From assembly GCA_000182565.2 (NCBI GenBank), contig KQ257454.1: a stretch of DNA of 64,000 bases, one strand, 5' to 3'. This document shows, piece after piece, positions 49,301-62,392 of the stretch. This DNA comes from Spizellomyces punctatus DAOM BR117 (Eukaryota). The position numbers were made by a program, and so were the translations under genes. Below the pieces are notes generated by a model. It was not told the DNA's origin. It saw nothing but the letters and a program-made list of their open reading frames with translations, and ran no database searches. Numbering within the stretch: position 1 is the first letter of the stretch; every line of letters starts with the position of its first letter.

Positions 49301-49816
49301 GGACGTGTATTCGACACTCGAGAGATCACTTCAGGTTGACGGTATACGCCCCACTACACCCGATCGAGAGTGCATTGAAGTCGTCGGAGAAGTTCAGAGA
49401 GAGAAGAAGCGGATGGTACTGGAAGAGCAAAAGGCAGTTGTTGAAGGTTTTGGGCAGGTTGGTTTTTGTTTTGTCCGTGAATTGCTTGCAAAGGCAGTTC
49501 ATGATGCGATTTGTCGGTATGTCGAATGCAGAAGGTAAAACAGCAAGACCAAGAGTTTTACGAAACCATCAAGAAACGAGAGGAGATGAAAAAGATGGCA
49601 TCCGCGGCCGAGGTAGGGGCTTTTGCCTTGTCAAGCGTGCACTTGCAACACAGCAAGAATTCCCACCAACTTGTCCTGCAGTCACGCCGTCCCCGCCTTC
49701 CTCAACTTCCCGCAAAACTGTCGACAACAAAACGGCACCACCACCGCCACGCGACCTACACAACCCTTCCCACCACCTCCACAGCCGACCATTTACCCTT
49801 GACATCCGGCCACTGA
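46318..49816 (+). CDS. CFAP69: Cilia- and flagella-associated protein 69 (ARM-repeat), multi-exon
   Basis: YDRHTVILERL, EILWNALE, KELRNELV, FKKHLL, WSLRQIKGLQLQ, FLETDGLYRLLDLL, LGFLCDLLEN, LWVSEE, NLRAKLY, YLDFK, GIRPTTPD, and a C-terminal coiled coil. The 5' end is approximate. Confidence 0.82.
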
Positions 49817-50660
49817 ACGAGGAATCTGTCGACAAACCAGTAGAGTATCTTGCCAGAGAGAGACAAGTCTTTGACACGAGCAATGGATTCGATGTAGATG
49901 AGCTTTGGAAACGGGAGGCCAGGGATGATCTTTTTTGTTGGTTTTTGATTCGTTGTGGTGAGAGGTTGGCCAGATGTGCAACAACATGGAAAAGAGTACG
50001 TTACCCGTGGCCAAAAACTCAACAAACAAATGGGGACACATGTACCCGGTCCATTGCATATGACCTAAACATGTAGAGTTCAGTCATGGTACTCTATTTG
50101 CGACAGATCTGCGGTGTGACAGCCTACCATATCTGGTTGGATCCTCCACAACACCCAAGCTGCGCCTACACAGGCTTTTGCAAATGAAAGAATGGTACTT
50201 GACCATGATTGTCCCACCTCTCGGCTTCGCGGAATGGTCTCAATCGTCCACTAGAACAAACAGCTTAACGGAATGATCAATATAAGAAAGTGTTTGCAGT
50301 GGACATACATCTTTCCTGGACTCTTCTTTTGCAATGACTTTTGCTCGGCTACCCGAGTCTGTTTCAGCGACAATGTAGCATCGGGGTGTAAACTGCTCAA
50401 GTGGTAATGTCCGCGTGAGACGGAGCATCTCGGTCGTGTGGCCACCTTTTTGTAAACACAGTGTTTGTTGGTTTTTCGATTAATCACGTTTGGAAAGCAG
50501 AAAGCTAGAAAGCTCTCCTGAACATACCTGAACCCAACACGATGCATAATTTACATGAGCGTAACCGACGCGAGGACCGGTTTGGACGTCGACGGTAGGG
50601 GAGTATCCACCAGATCCGCACCAACGCAAGGATCGCGACACATGTAATCGCTGCCAGCAT
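49756..50660 (-). CDS. ALG14: UDP-GlcNAc transferase subunit Alg14
   Basis: N-terminal TM, IVLGSGGHTTEML, YIVAETDSGS, IPRSREVGQSW, NGPGTCVP, IYIESIARVKDLSLSGKIL..FVDRFLVQWP. Confidence 0.93.
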
Positions 50661-51040
50661 CGTTACGGTCGTTGGGACGTGCGAAACTTTCAAGCGCTCG
50701 GCAACCCGCGAGAGAGCGTAAGCGGCGCAGCCACACCGCTCAGTGCCATTTAACCTAAAAAGGCAAAAATGACCAACGACTGAGTCAAGCTGCCGTCAAA
50801 GGTCAAAACGACTCTTTTGGCTGTCGTCCTTCGTGCCCTTTCTTGCTCATCTTGTTTCCTGTAGTTTACGAACAAAGGAACTTTTGAAAAGGTGGGTAAA
50901 GATAATGCAACGTTTTGAGATGGGCGGGTGATTGATTTTCTCGAATGTTTGTTTAGTCAGTCGTATTTATCTCGGAACCGTCCTTCTCCACGTGCAGACG
51001 CGCCAGTCAGGTTTCCCATCACATCTCCATCAACGAAACC

Positions 51041-52352
51041 ATGAAGGCACTTATTCTTGTTGGCGGTATGTAGCCATGTTTGAAGGGATGAGACAGTTCG
51101 GTGACATCGAGCGGGACGAACAAAAGTTTTCTGACGCTTGCCTAACACCCACTAGGTTTTGGTACGCGTCTGCGCCCCTTGACCTTAACGCTTCCAAAGC
51201 CTCTGGTGGAGTTTGCCAACAGGCCAATGATTTTGCATCAGATTGAGGCACTGGTCAAGGTACTGTTTTGCCTCACCCACCAGCACGTCTTTCACGCGTT
51301 TCTCACAAGTATGCTTTCTCGCGCTCGTATCTTCGCAGGCGGGAGTAACGGACATTGTCTTGGCGGTTAACTACCGTCCGGAAATCATGGCGAACTTTAT
51401 GAAAAAGTATTCAGAAGAATACAAGGTCAATATCACATTCTCCATCGAGTCTGAGCCTCTCGGAACGGCAGGGCCTCTTGCTTTAGCACGTGACGTCCTT
51501 GCGAAGGACTCTGAGCCATTCTTTGTTCTAAACTCGGATGTGATCTGCGACTTCCCCTTTCACGAAATGGCGGCTTTTCATAAAGCTCATGGAGGGGAAG
51601 GCACGATTCTTGTCACAAAGGTCGACGATCCGTCAAAGTACGGTGTAGTTGTCAACAAGGGCACATCATCCGTCATTGAGCGATTCGTTGAAAAGCCCAC
51701 CGAATTCGTCTCAAACAAGATCAATGCCGGTATTTACATCTTCAACCCGAGCATATTGAATAGAATTGAGCCACGACCTACATCCATTGAGAAGGAAATC
51801 TTTCCCGCCATGGCACGGGACTCGCAACTCCACACCATGGACCTCCCTAATTTCTGGATGGATGTTGGACAACCAAAGGATTATTTGACGGGAACAGGTC
51901 TCTACCTCACGTCTCTTTCAAAGAAAGAGCCCGGCCGATTGGCGTCCGGTCCAGGAATTACTGGCTTCGTTCTCATCCACCCCTCAGCCAAAATTGGACA
52001 GGACTGCAAGATTGGACCAAATGTTGTCATTGGTCCGGATGTCGTTCTCGGCGATGGTGTTAGAATGAGCAAGACAGTGATTCTAGAAGGTGCACAGATT
52101 AGAGATCATGCGTGGTTGCAGAATACGATCGTGGGGTGGCATAGTACTGTAGGGCGTTGGGCTAGATTGGAAGGTGTCTCTGTTTTGGGAGATGATGTCC
52201 ATGTGGCTGATGAGGTATGTATTAGGTTTCTTTACTCATAGGTCTAGCTCCATCTAACGATCTGCGTCATTTAGGTCTACATCAACGGTGGATGCGTCCT
52301 CCCCCACAAGAGTGTCAGCAGCAATATTGCCGAACCGTCCATTATTATGTAA
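51041..52352 (+). CDS. PSA1: Mannose-1-phosphate guanylyltransferase (GDP-mannose pyrophosphorylase)
   Basis: [79 protein letters not shown], left-handed beta-helix tail, VLPHKS...IIM*. Confidence 0.97.
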
Positions 52353-53848
52353 AGAACCCTTGTCCTTAGAATAGTCTTACTGAAACCCGCTTATAACTAA
52401 AAAAAAAAATACCTGCAATGTCGCGGCACTTTGCTTCCTATGTGTTGTGTCATTGCCGCTGACTTTAGGTAGCTCAGAGGAGTTGCTAGCAAGAGAGAAC
52501 CTTGGAGAACAGAAACATACCTGATTCCGCAGCGATTCGGATTCCTAGAACCCCAATTGGTATTTGCCCCGTAAGACTCCTCTACCCTCGACTTTTTTGT
52601 TACAAGCTCGCCTTTCTTGCTGTTTCCACCCAATCACTTCAAAAGACATTGTAATTCGATCTGTCAAGCTGTTCAACTTTCTTTCGAGATTTAAGGAACC
52701 TTACTCAGAACTACGTACCCGAAGCAAGTAGCACTTTCTAGCAAAGCTTTGCATGCCTCTGGAGAAGGAACTGGATAATCGATATCCAGCTTCCTGTAAG
52801 AGGTTGGAATTCCCATTCACAATCACTCGTATTGGTGTGTGCTGGACTTCCCGCTCAAACTCAACAGAATAAGCAGCTTAACTAGAGCTAGCTTACAAAA
52901 GCACAGACCCCATCGCTGCCGGAGATATGGCCTTTTCGTCGCTTGAGCTTTTTGCCAGTCGTGTGGTATGCTTACTACCTTATTCTTGTACAGCAGGCAT
53001 AGCTTGTCCAATGCACCGACATTCTGAGGCTTTTTAAGTTTGCCCTTCAAATGCTCCCATATCATTACAAGTGCTCACTACATGTCTTGACATGACAGAC
53101 AGCCATGCTAGACTTTACAACTGCCTGCCAAAATGCTCGAACTTACGTCTGATTAGTACCAACCGCAGTATAAAGCTCTTGAGGTAAGTGATGATATCAT
53201 ACAGGTCCCATCCATACAAAGTAGTACAAATGGTGGAATAAATGGAAGGTAGATGTGACGGTCCCTTCATTCCCAATTCCACGTTTCTGTGGGCATTTGA
53301 TGTGTATTGAGGTAGGTAGTAAGTCATGCTGAAGATGAGTGTGGTCGGGTCGCTCGCCATGATGATGCTGACAGATTTTGGGAGGAGCGCAATCGGGTGT
53401 TTCTTTTCCTGGTTTTTCCTGAGAGATTTAATTGCATTGGCAGACGTACAAATTCATCCCAGTAGAATACATCAGATGATGAAGCTTGCATGTACGCCAC
53501 TTGGGAATCACACAATTGTATTGCAATCCTCAGCCTTCCAACTTGAGTCTCGCATTGTAGCGTTGCCAGAGGAAAGGAAGAGTGGCTTGTCCTTTTTAGA
53601 CTACTGCTCTACACAGTGGCCGGCAATTGGACAGTAAAGATCAAGAGAGTGGTAACTCACGAGATAAGTCTTCTACACAAGACACCAAAGCACGACAAAT
53701 TGGTCCTGTCGAGTTGCCAGTCTGTAAACCTTTGGGTCCAGGTTTGACGGGAATCATAACTTGCCAGGTCACGGTTAGGAGTACATGTATTTCTCCCAAG
53801 CTCAAGCAGAAAAAAAATAATCTGTACAAAGTCTAGAATCCTTCCCAA

Positions 53849-55782
53849 TCAATCCCAAAACCTAATAGAAAGAAAAGAGTGACACACAGGATCAGCCAAG
53901 GCTTCTATCCTTCATTCAAAGCAACCATGAAACTTACTTGATAGTTCCATCCCAGGAGCATGTAAATAGTTTACTCGTCTCATGGGGATGCCATTCCGTT
54001 CCAATCACCACCTTATCGTGCGCCTTAAACTTTTTCAACACCTTGCACGTTTTCCAGTCCCAAAACCATACCCGGCCTTCACTGTCCCCGCTCGTTACGA
54101 ACCGGCCGTCAGGGGAGAAAGAGGGTTGACAGGCGTATCCGGCGACAAGGTGTCCTCGGAAGGCTTTTTTGCGGTTCATACGGAATCGGTCGTGCGCCGA
54201 ATAGACGACGATTTGGTTGTCAAGGGATTGGCAGGCTAGCCATTTCTCTGGAATAGAGTATCAGTATCTGCTCTATAGGTTAGGAAGAGACCAATCACTT
54301 ACTGTTGGGATGCAGTGTTACTGCAGGCATGGAATGCATGCTCGGCTCCGCCACATACTTTATCACCACCGGAATATCAAACTCCCATGCTCGCAACGTC
54401 TTATCATCACTTGTCGTCACGAACCGTCGATTCTCATCCACAAAGGTAATAGTGTTCACGGCTCCCAAATGCTGGTCATATTCTTGAACAACCTCCCCAG
54501 TATTAATGTCAAACTGGTAAATCTTCTTATCTGCACATCCCGTCAAAAACAAGTGTTGTTTATCTTCGTCGGGGTTGAATTTCACACAGTAGGGTATGCG
54601 CTTGGTAGAAAATGTCGATATGCATTTGCCCGTTTCAGTGTCCCACAGCTTGATCCATTTATCGTAGCTGGCCGACAGGAAGCGGGTTCCATCATTGTTG
54701 AACGTGATGTCACGAACGGCTTTGGAGTGGCCCATAAACGTTCGTAGGCAGCGTCGTTCGTGATATACGTCCCAGAGCTGTTAAGCAGTTGGGGAGGAAC
54801 GCATTAACCATTTAATTTGAGTGATTTACGAAGATGATATTGGGATTTACCTTCACTTTACCATCCATACCAGCACTGAGAAACAAATGGGCGCTTTGTG
54901 GAAACAGTCGAATGGCGTTGACTCCTTTGGTATGTCCTGTCCATGTGTGAATAAGGGTTTTGGGAAGGTAGCAATCCTTGATGCCCGGCTCGGCCAGCAG
55001 ATCCACATCCAGATCGTTCGGTACGTGCATGTACGTTCGTCCCAGATAATCGCGCTCCTCTTTGCCATGGAATATCGACTTTTCTGTTCCAGGTTCTACT
55101 TCCGCGTTCTTCTTCTTTGTTGGCTCTACGGTACTCAATGCTTCTGCCGCCGCTATTTCCTCTTCTGTGGGCCCCACTGGTTCTCCGACATTCTCGCCTT
55201 CGTACCCCGCCCAAGGCCCTGCGTACCCGTCCACAGATGATGGGTCACCAGCAGCCTTTCGCTTCCGCTTCTCTGCCCGACTCGCTTTTGTTGTTTCATA
55301 CACTGTGGCGCCGTTGCGTTGAGCCAGCTTGGTAACGTCCCCGACAAATCGGTCCCCGTTGCTGTCTGGATCAACTGCGTAGCCAAAGTTGTCGAACGTT
55401 CTGGACATTGCATCAAAGTGGTGATCTGACATGTTATACTCCTCAATATAGCCTATGATGGTAGCAAAATATCAGTATGGACAACTACGCTCATGGACTG
55501 CTGTTCTCAGATCTCACCTGTAAGTACATTCCGATTTGGTGCTGTCGCCTGAGTAGCAAAAGGATTCTGTGGGCCCTGTACCGATCTCGAAAGGTCTGTG
55601 TACGGTATATTATGTGCGATTTCTTTTGTGGTCAGTCCGGGTAGATAGTTGTATGAATCGAGATCGTGTGTGGAGACTTCGGGCGCCGCGCTGATTTTCG
55701 TTCGCTTTATCGTGCTTGGAGAGTACGATGGTTCGTCGTCCGAGCCATATTGGCCAAACATATCCAAAGCGCTAGAAGACAT
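53849..55782 (-). CDS. CDC40: Pre-mRNA splicing factor Prp17/Cdc40 (WD40)
   Basis: [75 protein letters not shown]...WDGTIKFWD*. Confidence 0.96.
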
Positions 55783-56081
55783 CCTGCCAAAGGGAGTCTT
55801 TTGGACCGTGCAAAAGATGAGTTTTCCAAATGATGAGCTGCAGGGCACCAGACAAGCAGGTGAAGCGATCTTCCTCGTTGCGTAGTTACGAGTGGCACCG
55901 TGACTAGCAGTTCCGTTCCACCCACGAATAACCATGGCCGAATCGACCGTAATCAAATGGGCTGCATTTCAGATTCAACGAGCTGCATACTGGCGAGATT
56001 GCACGCGGGTAGGCAGGGACCCTTTCCTTCCCTGCACTTTTGAGACATTTTCCTTGACAATACAAGCCGACGGACTCGACT

Positions 56082-59000
56082 ATGGACAAGCTACTTCCTA
56101 AACTCGGCGTATACCGTCTGAAAGACCTCATCAAGGCTATTCGGGCGTGTAAGACCGCCGCAGATGAACGTGCAGTCATTGCCAAAGAGAGCGCCTTTCT
56201 GCGAACGAGCTTCAAGGAAGAAAACGTTGACATTCGACATACTAATGTTGCTAAATTACTCTATATCCATATGCTGGGATATCCCGCCCATTTTGGGCAA
56301 ATCGAGTGCTTGAAGTTGGGTAAGCATCGTGAAGATGACTAGCAGTGCGCGTTGAAATAGGCCGCCGAAGGGGAATATAATCGGTTTAATGCAATTTTGC
56401 TGAGAAAGTCTTTGCTCCGGAGTATCAACGCATAGTTTCTTTCAACTGACTGATTATTTTGTTATTTCTGACAGTTGCATCACCACGATTTGCGGATAAG
56501 CGATTAGGATACCTGGGAATCATGCTTCTACTTGATGAAAACCAGGAAGTATTGACGCTTGTAACGAACTCGTTGAAAAAGTACGTGGTGATGAATGGAC
56601 ACTTGTTGATGCTTTGGTATTAACCGGAAATCCTGTTTTCAGCGATATGAATAGTTCGAACATGTTCGTTGTGGGATTGGCGCTTTGTACCCTAGGGAAC
56701 ATTTCATCGCCTGCCATGTCGCGGGATCTTTCTGGTGAAGTTGAACGGTTGCTGGCGAGCTCGAATACTTACATACGAAAAAAGGTTGGCACGAGGGTGT
56801 ACATTGCTGGCAATAGCAGAGTCGCTTACGAGATATGGCCAATCTTGTCAATTAGGCGGCATTGTGCGCGCTTCGAATTGTTCGAAAAGTGCCGGATCTA
56901 CTGGAAAACTTCCAATCACGAGCGAAGAGCCTGCTTAACGAGCGAAACCATGGCGTGCTACTCACCGGAATAACGCTGTTGACGGAAATGTGCAAAATGA
57001 GCGAAGAGGTGACGACTGATTTGCGCACTGTACGTAACACTGAGTCATTTCCTGGGGATGTTTGCCAAGTCCTGACTTTGTTATTTTGTAATCAGCATGC
57101 TGTTGGAACTCTTGTGCGACATTTGAAAAATCTCGTCACGGCTGGCTTCAGTCCAGAACATGATGTCAACGGCATAACCGATCCTTTCGTGCAAGTTAAG
57201 ATCCTCCGGTTGATGCGCATTCTTGGGAAGGGAGATGCGGAGGCAAGTGAAGCCATGAACGATGTCCTTGCTCAGGTTGGTGATCGCTACTGGGCCTTTC
57301 CAATCCGATACAATTAACTTGACTCTCGATACATCAGGTGGCTACCAATACCGAGGCATCAAAAAATGTGGGAAATGCGATCTTATACGAGGCTGTATTG
57401 ACAATAATGGATATAGAGAGCGAGAGCTCTCTGCGTGTATTGGCTATCAATATTCTTGGGCGATTCCTTGCAAATCGTGACAATAATATTAGGTACATGG
57501 CGGTGTCCATGTTCACTGGAAACCGTTGCTAATGCAGTTCTTCCATTCTTTAGATACGTGGCATTGACGACCCTCACCAAAACATCACAAAATACTAGCA
57601 CTTCCGACTCCTCCGCTCTGCAACGTCATCGATCGACCATACTGGACTGTTTACGGGATGCAGACATATCCATCCGACGACGTGCTCTCGATCTTTCTTT
57701 CTTCCTGATAAACTCTCAAAACATCCGTATCCTAACACGAGAGCTTTTGAGCTTCCTTGAGATCTGTGAAGGCGATACCAAGAATTCCGTTGCGACACGG
57801 ATATGTGATTTCGCTGGTCGGTATCGTCCTAACAAGCGGTGGGAAGTTGATACGGTTTGCCGAGTTCTTCGCGTGGCGGGTGCATTCGTGGATCAAACAG
57901 TTGTGAATCACTTTGTCAAGCTCGTGACAACGTCTCCAACAGAACTACAACAATACGCAGTGCGAAAACTTTATAACACAATGAAAAATGAAGGCGAGAA
58001 GGCATTGGCGCAAGAGGGACTTGTGCAGGCTACTGTATGGTGCATTGGAGAATATGGCGATGTGCTAGTGTCTGGTACTGCCGGAATTTTGGGTGGTGAC
58101 GATGAGGAATTGGCTCAGACCGGAGGAAATGTTGACCCTTCAAGTCAGAATGACTACCAGGTGGCGCCGAGCGAACAGGAGGTTGTGGAAATGTTTGAAG
58201 GTCTTCTGAGAGGTCCATTTGCCACGGATCTGGTGAAGGAATACTCAGTGACGGCTCTCGTCAAGTTGACAAGCCGCTTCAACCAGAGCAGTGCGATTGA
58301 GTAAGCTTGCTCTCGCCCATTTTCAACCAACCGTGCAACAATGCTGACAATGAGAACAGACAGATCAAGGCCCTGATTAGCAAGTACAAGGTCAACGTTC
58401 AGCTGGAGCTGCAGCAACGCTCTGTCGAATACGCACAGCTTCTTCAGCTCGATCGGGATGCAAGGTGAGAGCAGGGAAGGTTTGAATGATGCTTTCTCGC
58501 TGATTCACATGGAACCACTGCATAGGGTGGCATTGTTGGAACGGATGCCAGTCCTGGAAAATGCTGCCAAAGAGGAGGCCAAAAAGGGTCTTGGTGTACC
58601 CACCATTGCAGGTACATACGCGCTAGTTCCATACCGTAAAATGATAGCTAATTGAACGTTGGTGTTGGGACGTTAGAAACAGCTGCGGTGAGCAACCAGC
58701 CAGATCTTATGGGAGGCCTTGGTAACGATCTACTTGGCCTCTCTGTGAGTGGTGGGGCCAACGCTCCTGCCAAAGCAGATGATATCTACAATCTCGTTTT
58801 TGGCGGAGCACAGGACGGAAAGAGTGCGGGAGCAGCAGCTCCAAAGTCCAATGTAGGCGCTATGAAAGTTGGGATTCTCAGAGGTTGCATGCTGACCGAT
58901 TTTTACAATTTTAGAACATCTTGGATCTATTGGGCGATATTGGCTTGGGTACAACGCCAGCCGCACCCGCTAAAACCACCTCGAGTTTGGGACTGGGCTT

Positions 59001-59701
59001 GGCTCCAGCTCCAGCTAAATCTGCCCAATCTGCTAATGATCTTCTCGGAGATCTATTTGGAGGATCCGGGATTGGTGCTTCTGTGGCCCCTAGTGTCCCA
59101 AGCGTCACATCACCTGTCTCCAAAAATGCTGTTGATCCATTGGCGGATCTCTTTGGAGGTAGCGGGTTGGCGAGCATCGCGCCTGCACAATCAGCGGCTC
59201 CAAAATCATACGTAGCTTATGACAAGAATGGATTCCGTGTTTCATTGTCGGCAACTCGGGATTCCAATGGACAGGGTGCGCCTCTGAACGTCCAGGCGGA
59301 GCTGAATAATGTTGGAGCAAGTGCTACATTGACCGATGTGGGAGTTCAAGTAGCAGTGCCAAGGGTAAGACAGTGATTAAGGCTCGCTACATCAACAATT
59401 CATATATAATACGTGGAATTCTTGTCCAGAGTCTTCAAATCACCATGTTTCCTCAGACTTCCACCACAATACCCATCGGCAGCTCGGCTACCCAAAACAT
59501 GAGAGTAGAAAACCCGACAAAGGTATAATCCTGCGGCCCATGTATCTCAACTGAAGTTTTACGGTGATGGTAACATGGTTTGTTCAATCTCTGCAGATTG
59601 CCGTGAAGATGCGACTGAAGGTTGTATACAAGATTGGTGGTCTGCAACAGGTAGAAGAAATTGTGGAGTTTTCGCAATTTGATCCAAGTCTGTGGGCTTA
59701 G
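56082..59701 (+). CDS. APL4: AP-1 adaptor complex gamma subunit
   Basis: [77 protein letters not shown], hinge with DLL motifs, gamma-ear QVAVPRSLQ. Confidence 0.97.
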
Positions 59702-59865
59702 GGGATGGCGACAATTGCGTTGAGGAACGGGGTCCAACTATCGTCTTTCCATATTATATCAAAAATACTAGAAGCCGATTGCATCTATCAGTTTGTTGCC
59801 GAAGCATTCTACGACTTTCATAGCTAACCTATATATTCCCCGACCATCCCCAATTGTCGGCACAA

Positions 59866-61293
59866 TTACAGCCCTCCTGAATCCGTTGATATCTGCCTGA
59901 TGTCCTCTTCCACAGTGGCAATGTCGCGCATGATGGCAGAGTAGGTTTTCACGATACGCGCAAACTCGTCACCAACATGTTCGTACTGCACTAATTGGAT
60001 ATCAACCTCGCGAAGACGCTCGGCAAGTCGGGCCTTCACCGCATCTAACGATGTTCTTCAATTTCTGGGGTGAGCTCCATGATGGGAAAGACGAGGAAGA
60101 CGGGAAACAGTCTCTACCTTGTTTGGCGTAAGACGGGCGCTTGATCACCCTCTGCCATGCTAAGTGTAATTTCTGCTTTGAGGCATCTATATGCACATAA
60201 AAACAACCGTTGTAGTTGCCACTATAGAACGGAGCAGTGACATGGGGCTACATACCGCATCTTAAGATATATGTTATCTATGATCGCCGAGAAATAGTCT
60301 TCCAAGGCTGCCCGTTTCTCCGGCTCTAGTTGACACTTATATCGAAGGATGACAGTCCAGAGATTTTGCATCAGCTTCGACCATTTCTGGCATTAAGAAG
60401 GTATTATGATAAACTGTGAGTATCAGTGAAACAGTACTATACTGACCTCGAAATACAACTTAAAAGTGCAAGCTAGCCGGACGCGGGTAGCCATCGCCTC
60501 CTTCTTCTTTTCATTTATCCGCGTAATTCGGGCCTGTGCAATTGTAGCTAATCCGCGGGCTTTAGCGGCATCTAGCTTAGGATCTTTGGAATGGCGTATA
60601 TCTCAGTCAAAATTGTTTGGGAAAACAAGATACAATCTGTTTACCTGTTCCTGTCTTCTGCCCGTACACGCAGCGAGATAGAAATTGACACTTTTTAAAG
60701 AGTCTGTGCTCCACTTCGTTTAGAAGCAGTTGGTGGAGTTCCGGAGGTACCTGATGGCGACATGCTCAGTATACTCTACTCTGTTGCAGATCCACCTAAC
60801 GAACGCACTTGATCTACTGCAGTTCGATGCGATAATTTATCCCACCTCTCACTGTCCATCCCGAGTATGGTTGGCTTATCCACTTCTTCATCCGAGTCCG
60901 CCTGTAGTGTTTCATGGACCTCCGCGGAAGCTAACAGGTTGCTGAGCGGCTCCCAAAACTGATGACGACGTAAGCGAACGAAGGCACCATTTTAACGTAC
61001 AGCAAGCTCTCACCAAGGCGTTATCCTCAACATTTCCGTCCTGTTCAGGAGTATCCGGGTCCAAGTTCAAAACAATGTCCGTGACCTCGTCGTACAGTAT
61101 TTGTTGCTCCAAAAACGCTCTTTTGGCTGCTAATAAGGAGGCATTCTGAAAGTTCCCCATGAGCAGGTGAATAATGAAATACATTGCAGGACTAGAGTTA
61201 GCGAGTTTATACCTTGGGTGAGTGCTCCTCTTTTGGGATTTCTTTGGTGACCAGACTGACGAGTACCTCTTCGTGGTCGATCTCGCGAACCAT
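59866..61293 (-). CDS. HAUS4: Augmin/HAUS complex subunit 4-like protein, about 8 short exons
   Basis: Mostly invisible in the ORF track. Spliced segments: AKRAFLEQQILYDEV, TILGMD, LLLNEVEHRLFKKCQFL, AAKARGL, EDYFSAIIDNIYLKMRCLKAEI, LVQYEHVGDEFARIVKTYSAIMRDIATVEEDIRQI. The start codon is tentative. Confidence 0.7.
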
Positions 61294-61889
61294 GACCTTC
61301 CCAGTGTTTATGGCATGCGGGGATGGTGGAAATCACTGAACTCTAGATAATACAATCTAGCCGTCCTTCTGTGTTGATGCTCAGGTCATCTTGGACCGAA
61401 AGCAACAGTGCACGTGTCATCAAACTGTTGTCCAGTGGTACGGACATGCTCATCAACGGACAAGTAGCGAATAGCGTGTCGTATTCTTGATTGGAACATA
61501 ATAATGGTCCTTCGGGGGAATTTCCCTTACGATTGTAGGCCCGCTACACAGAAGAAGCTATGACTAGGGAGCACATAAGCCAGCAGGAGAATGTTTAACC
61601 AAGAGAGTTCATCACTCCCGTGGTCACTTGGGCCCCCAGCTTGAAGCATACCCAAGTGGCCAAGACTCCAAAGCGTACTTGCTGTCAGCCGATGGTCAAG
61701 GCCACTTTCCAAATCTTCTGGTCAGAATAGAAGTGGCCCCGTCCAGTGTGCTGCATGTTGAGAGTCTAGTTAATAGAGGCTTTTCTACGTGTATTGTTTC
61801 TCGTCACGTCAGCAACCAGCCGATCATTGCTTAGTCAATCATCAACGTCAGAGTTTCCAGGCAGGACGTTCGAGTGTAGCATATTCACG

Positions 61890-62392
61890 ATGAAACTGCT
61901 AGAGTCCATTGCTTCAACTCTGATGTTTGCAGTTGCCGTTGACAATGGTGAGCGGCATAAGCGATTGCTGCTGGTCGTCTCCAGATTGATTGACGTTGCG
62001 GTCCATGTGCAGTGACCAGAGCTCTTTCATCCGTACCACCTACCATCACTGAGCCTCCCTACCGTCCTACAGATCCTAGATGTTTCGATCCGAAAAGATT
62101 CCCTCCATCTGTAAACCAGTCTCGTCCCATAATGTTTTTGGATGGTCAATGGCATATCGGGATTTACACCGGTACAAAACTTTTTTATGAATGGGTGCCG
62201 TATTGTGAAGTGGTACCCATGGAACATGCGCCAACCCGGGGGAAATTGCCGCATCGGTTAGCCAAGAAGGTGGAAGATGTACTTGCAAAGATCGAGGAGA
62301 CGAGGAAAAGATTTGAAGAAGCTGCGGCAAAAGAGAGAACAGCTGAAAATGCCAGCACAATCGCCTTGGAGCGCGCAATATATTCTATTTAG
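61890..62392 (+). CDS. Hypothetical small protein, two exons, possible signal peptide
   Basis: ATG at 61890 (MKLLESIASTLMFAVAVDN) splices via gtgagc..tgcag into ORF 62012-62392, which has a Pro-rich region, an aromatic beta-rich segment and a C-terminal coiled coil. Confidence 0.45.

Noticed and set aside
49285-50076. 263-aa plus-strand ORF spanning the CFAP69 end and ALG14
   Set aside because: Out of frame with the conserved CFAP69 exons and antisense to ALG14 exons, with no recognisable domain.
56320-56473. Longer AP-1 gamma intron 1 as a possible box C/D snoRNA host
   Set aside because: Only a mismatched C box, no terminal stem and no recognisable rRNA guide.
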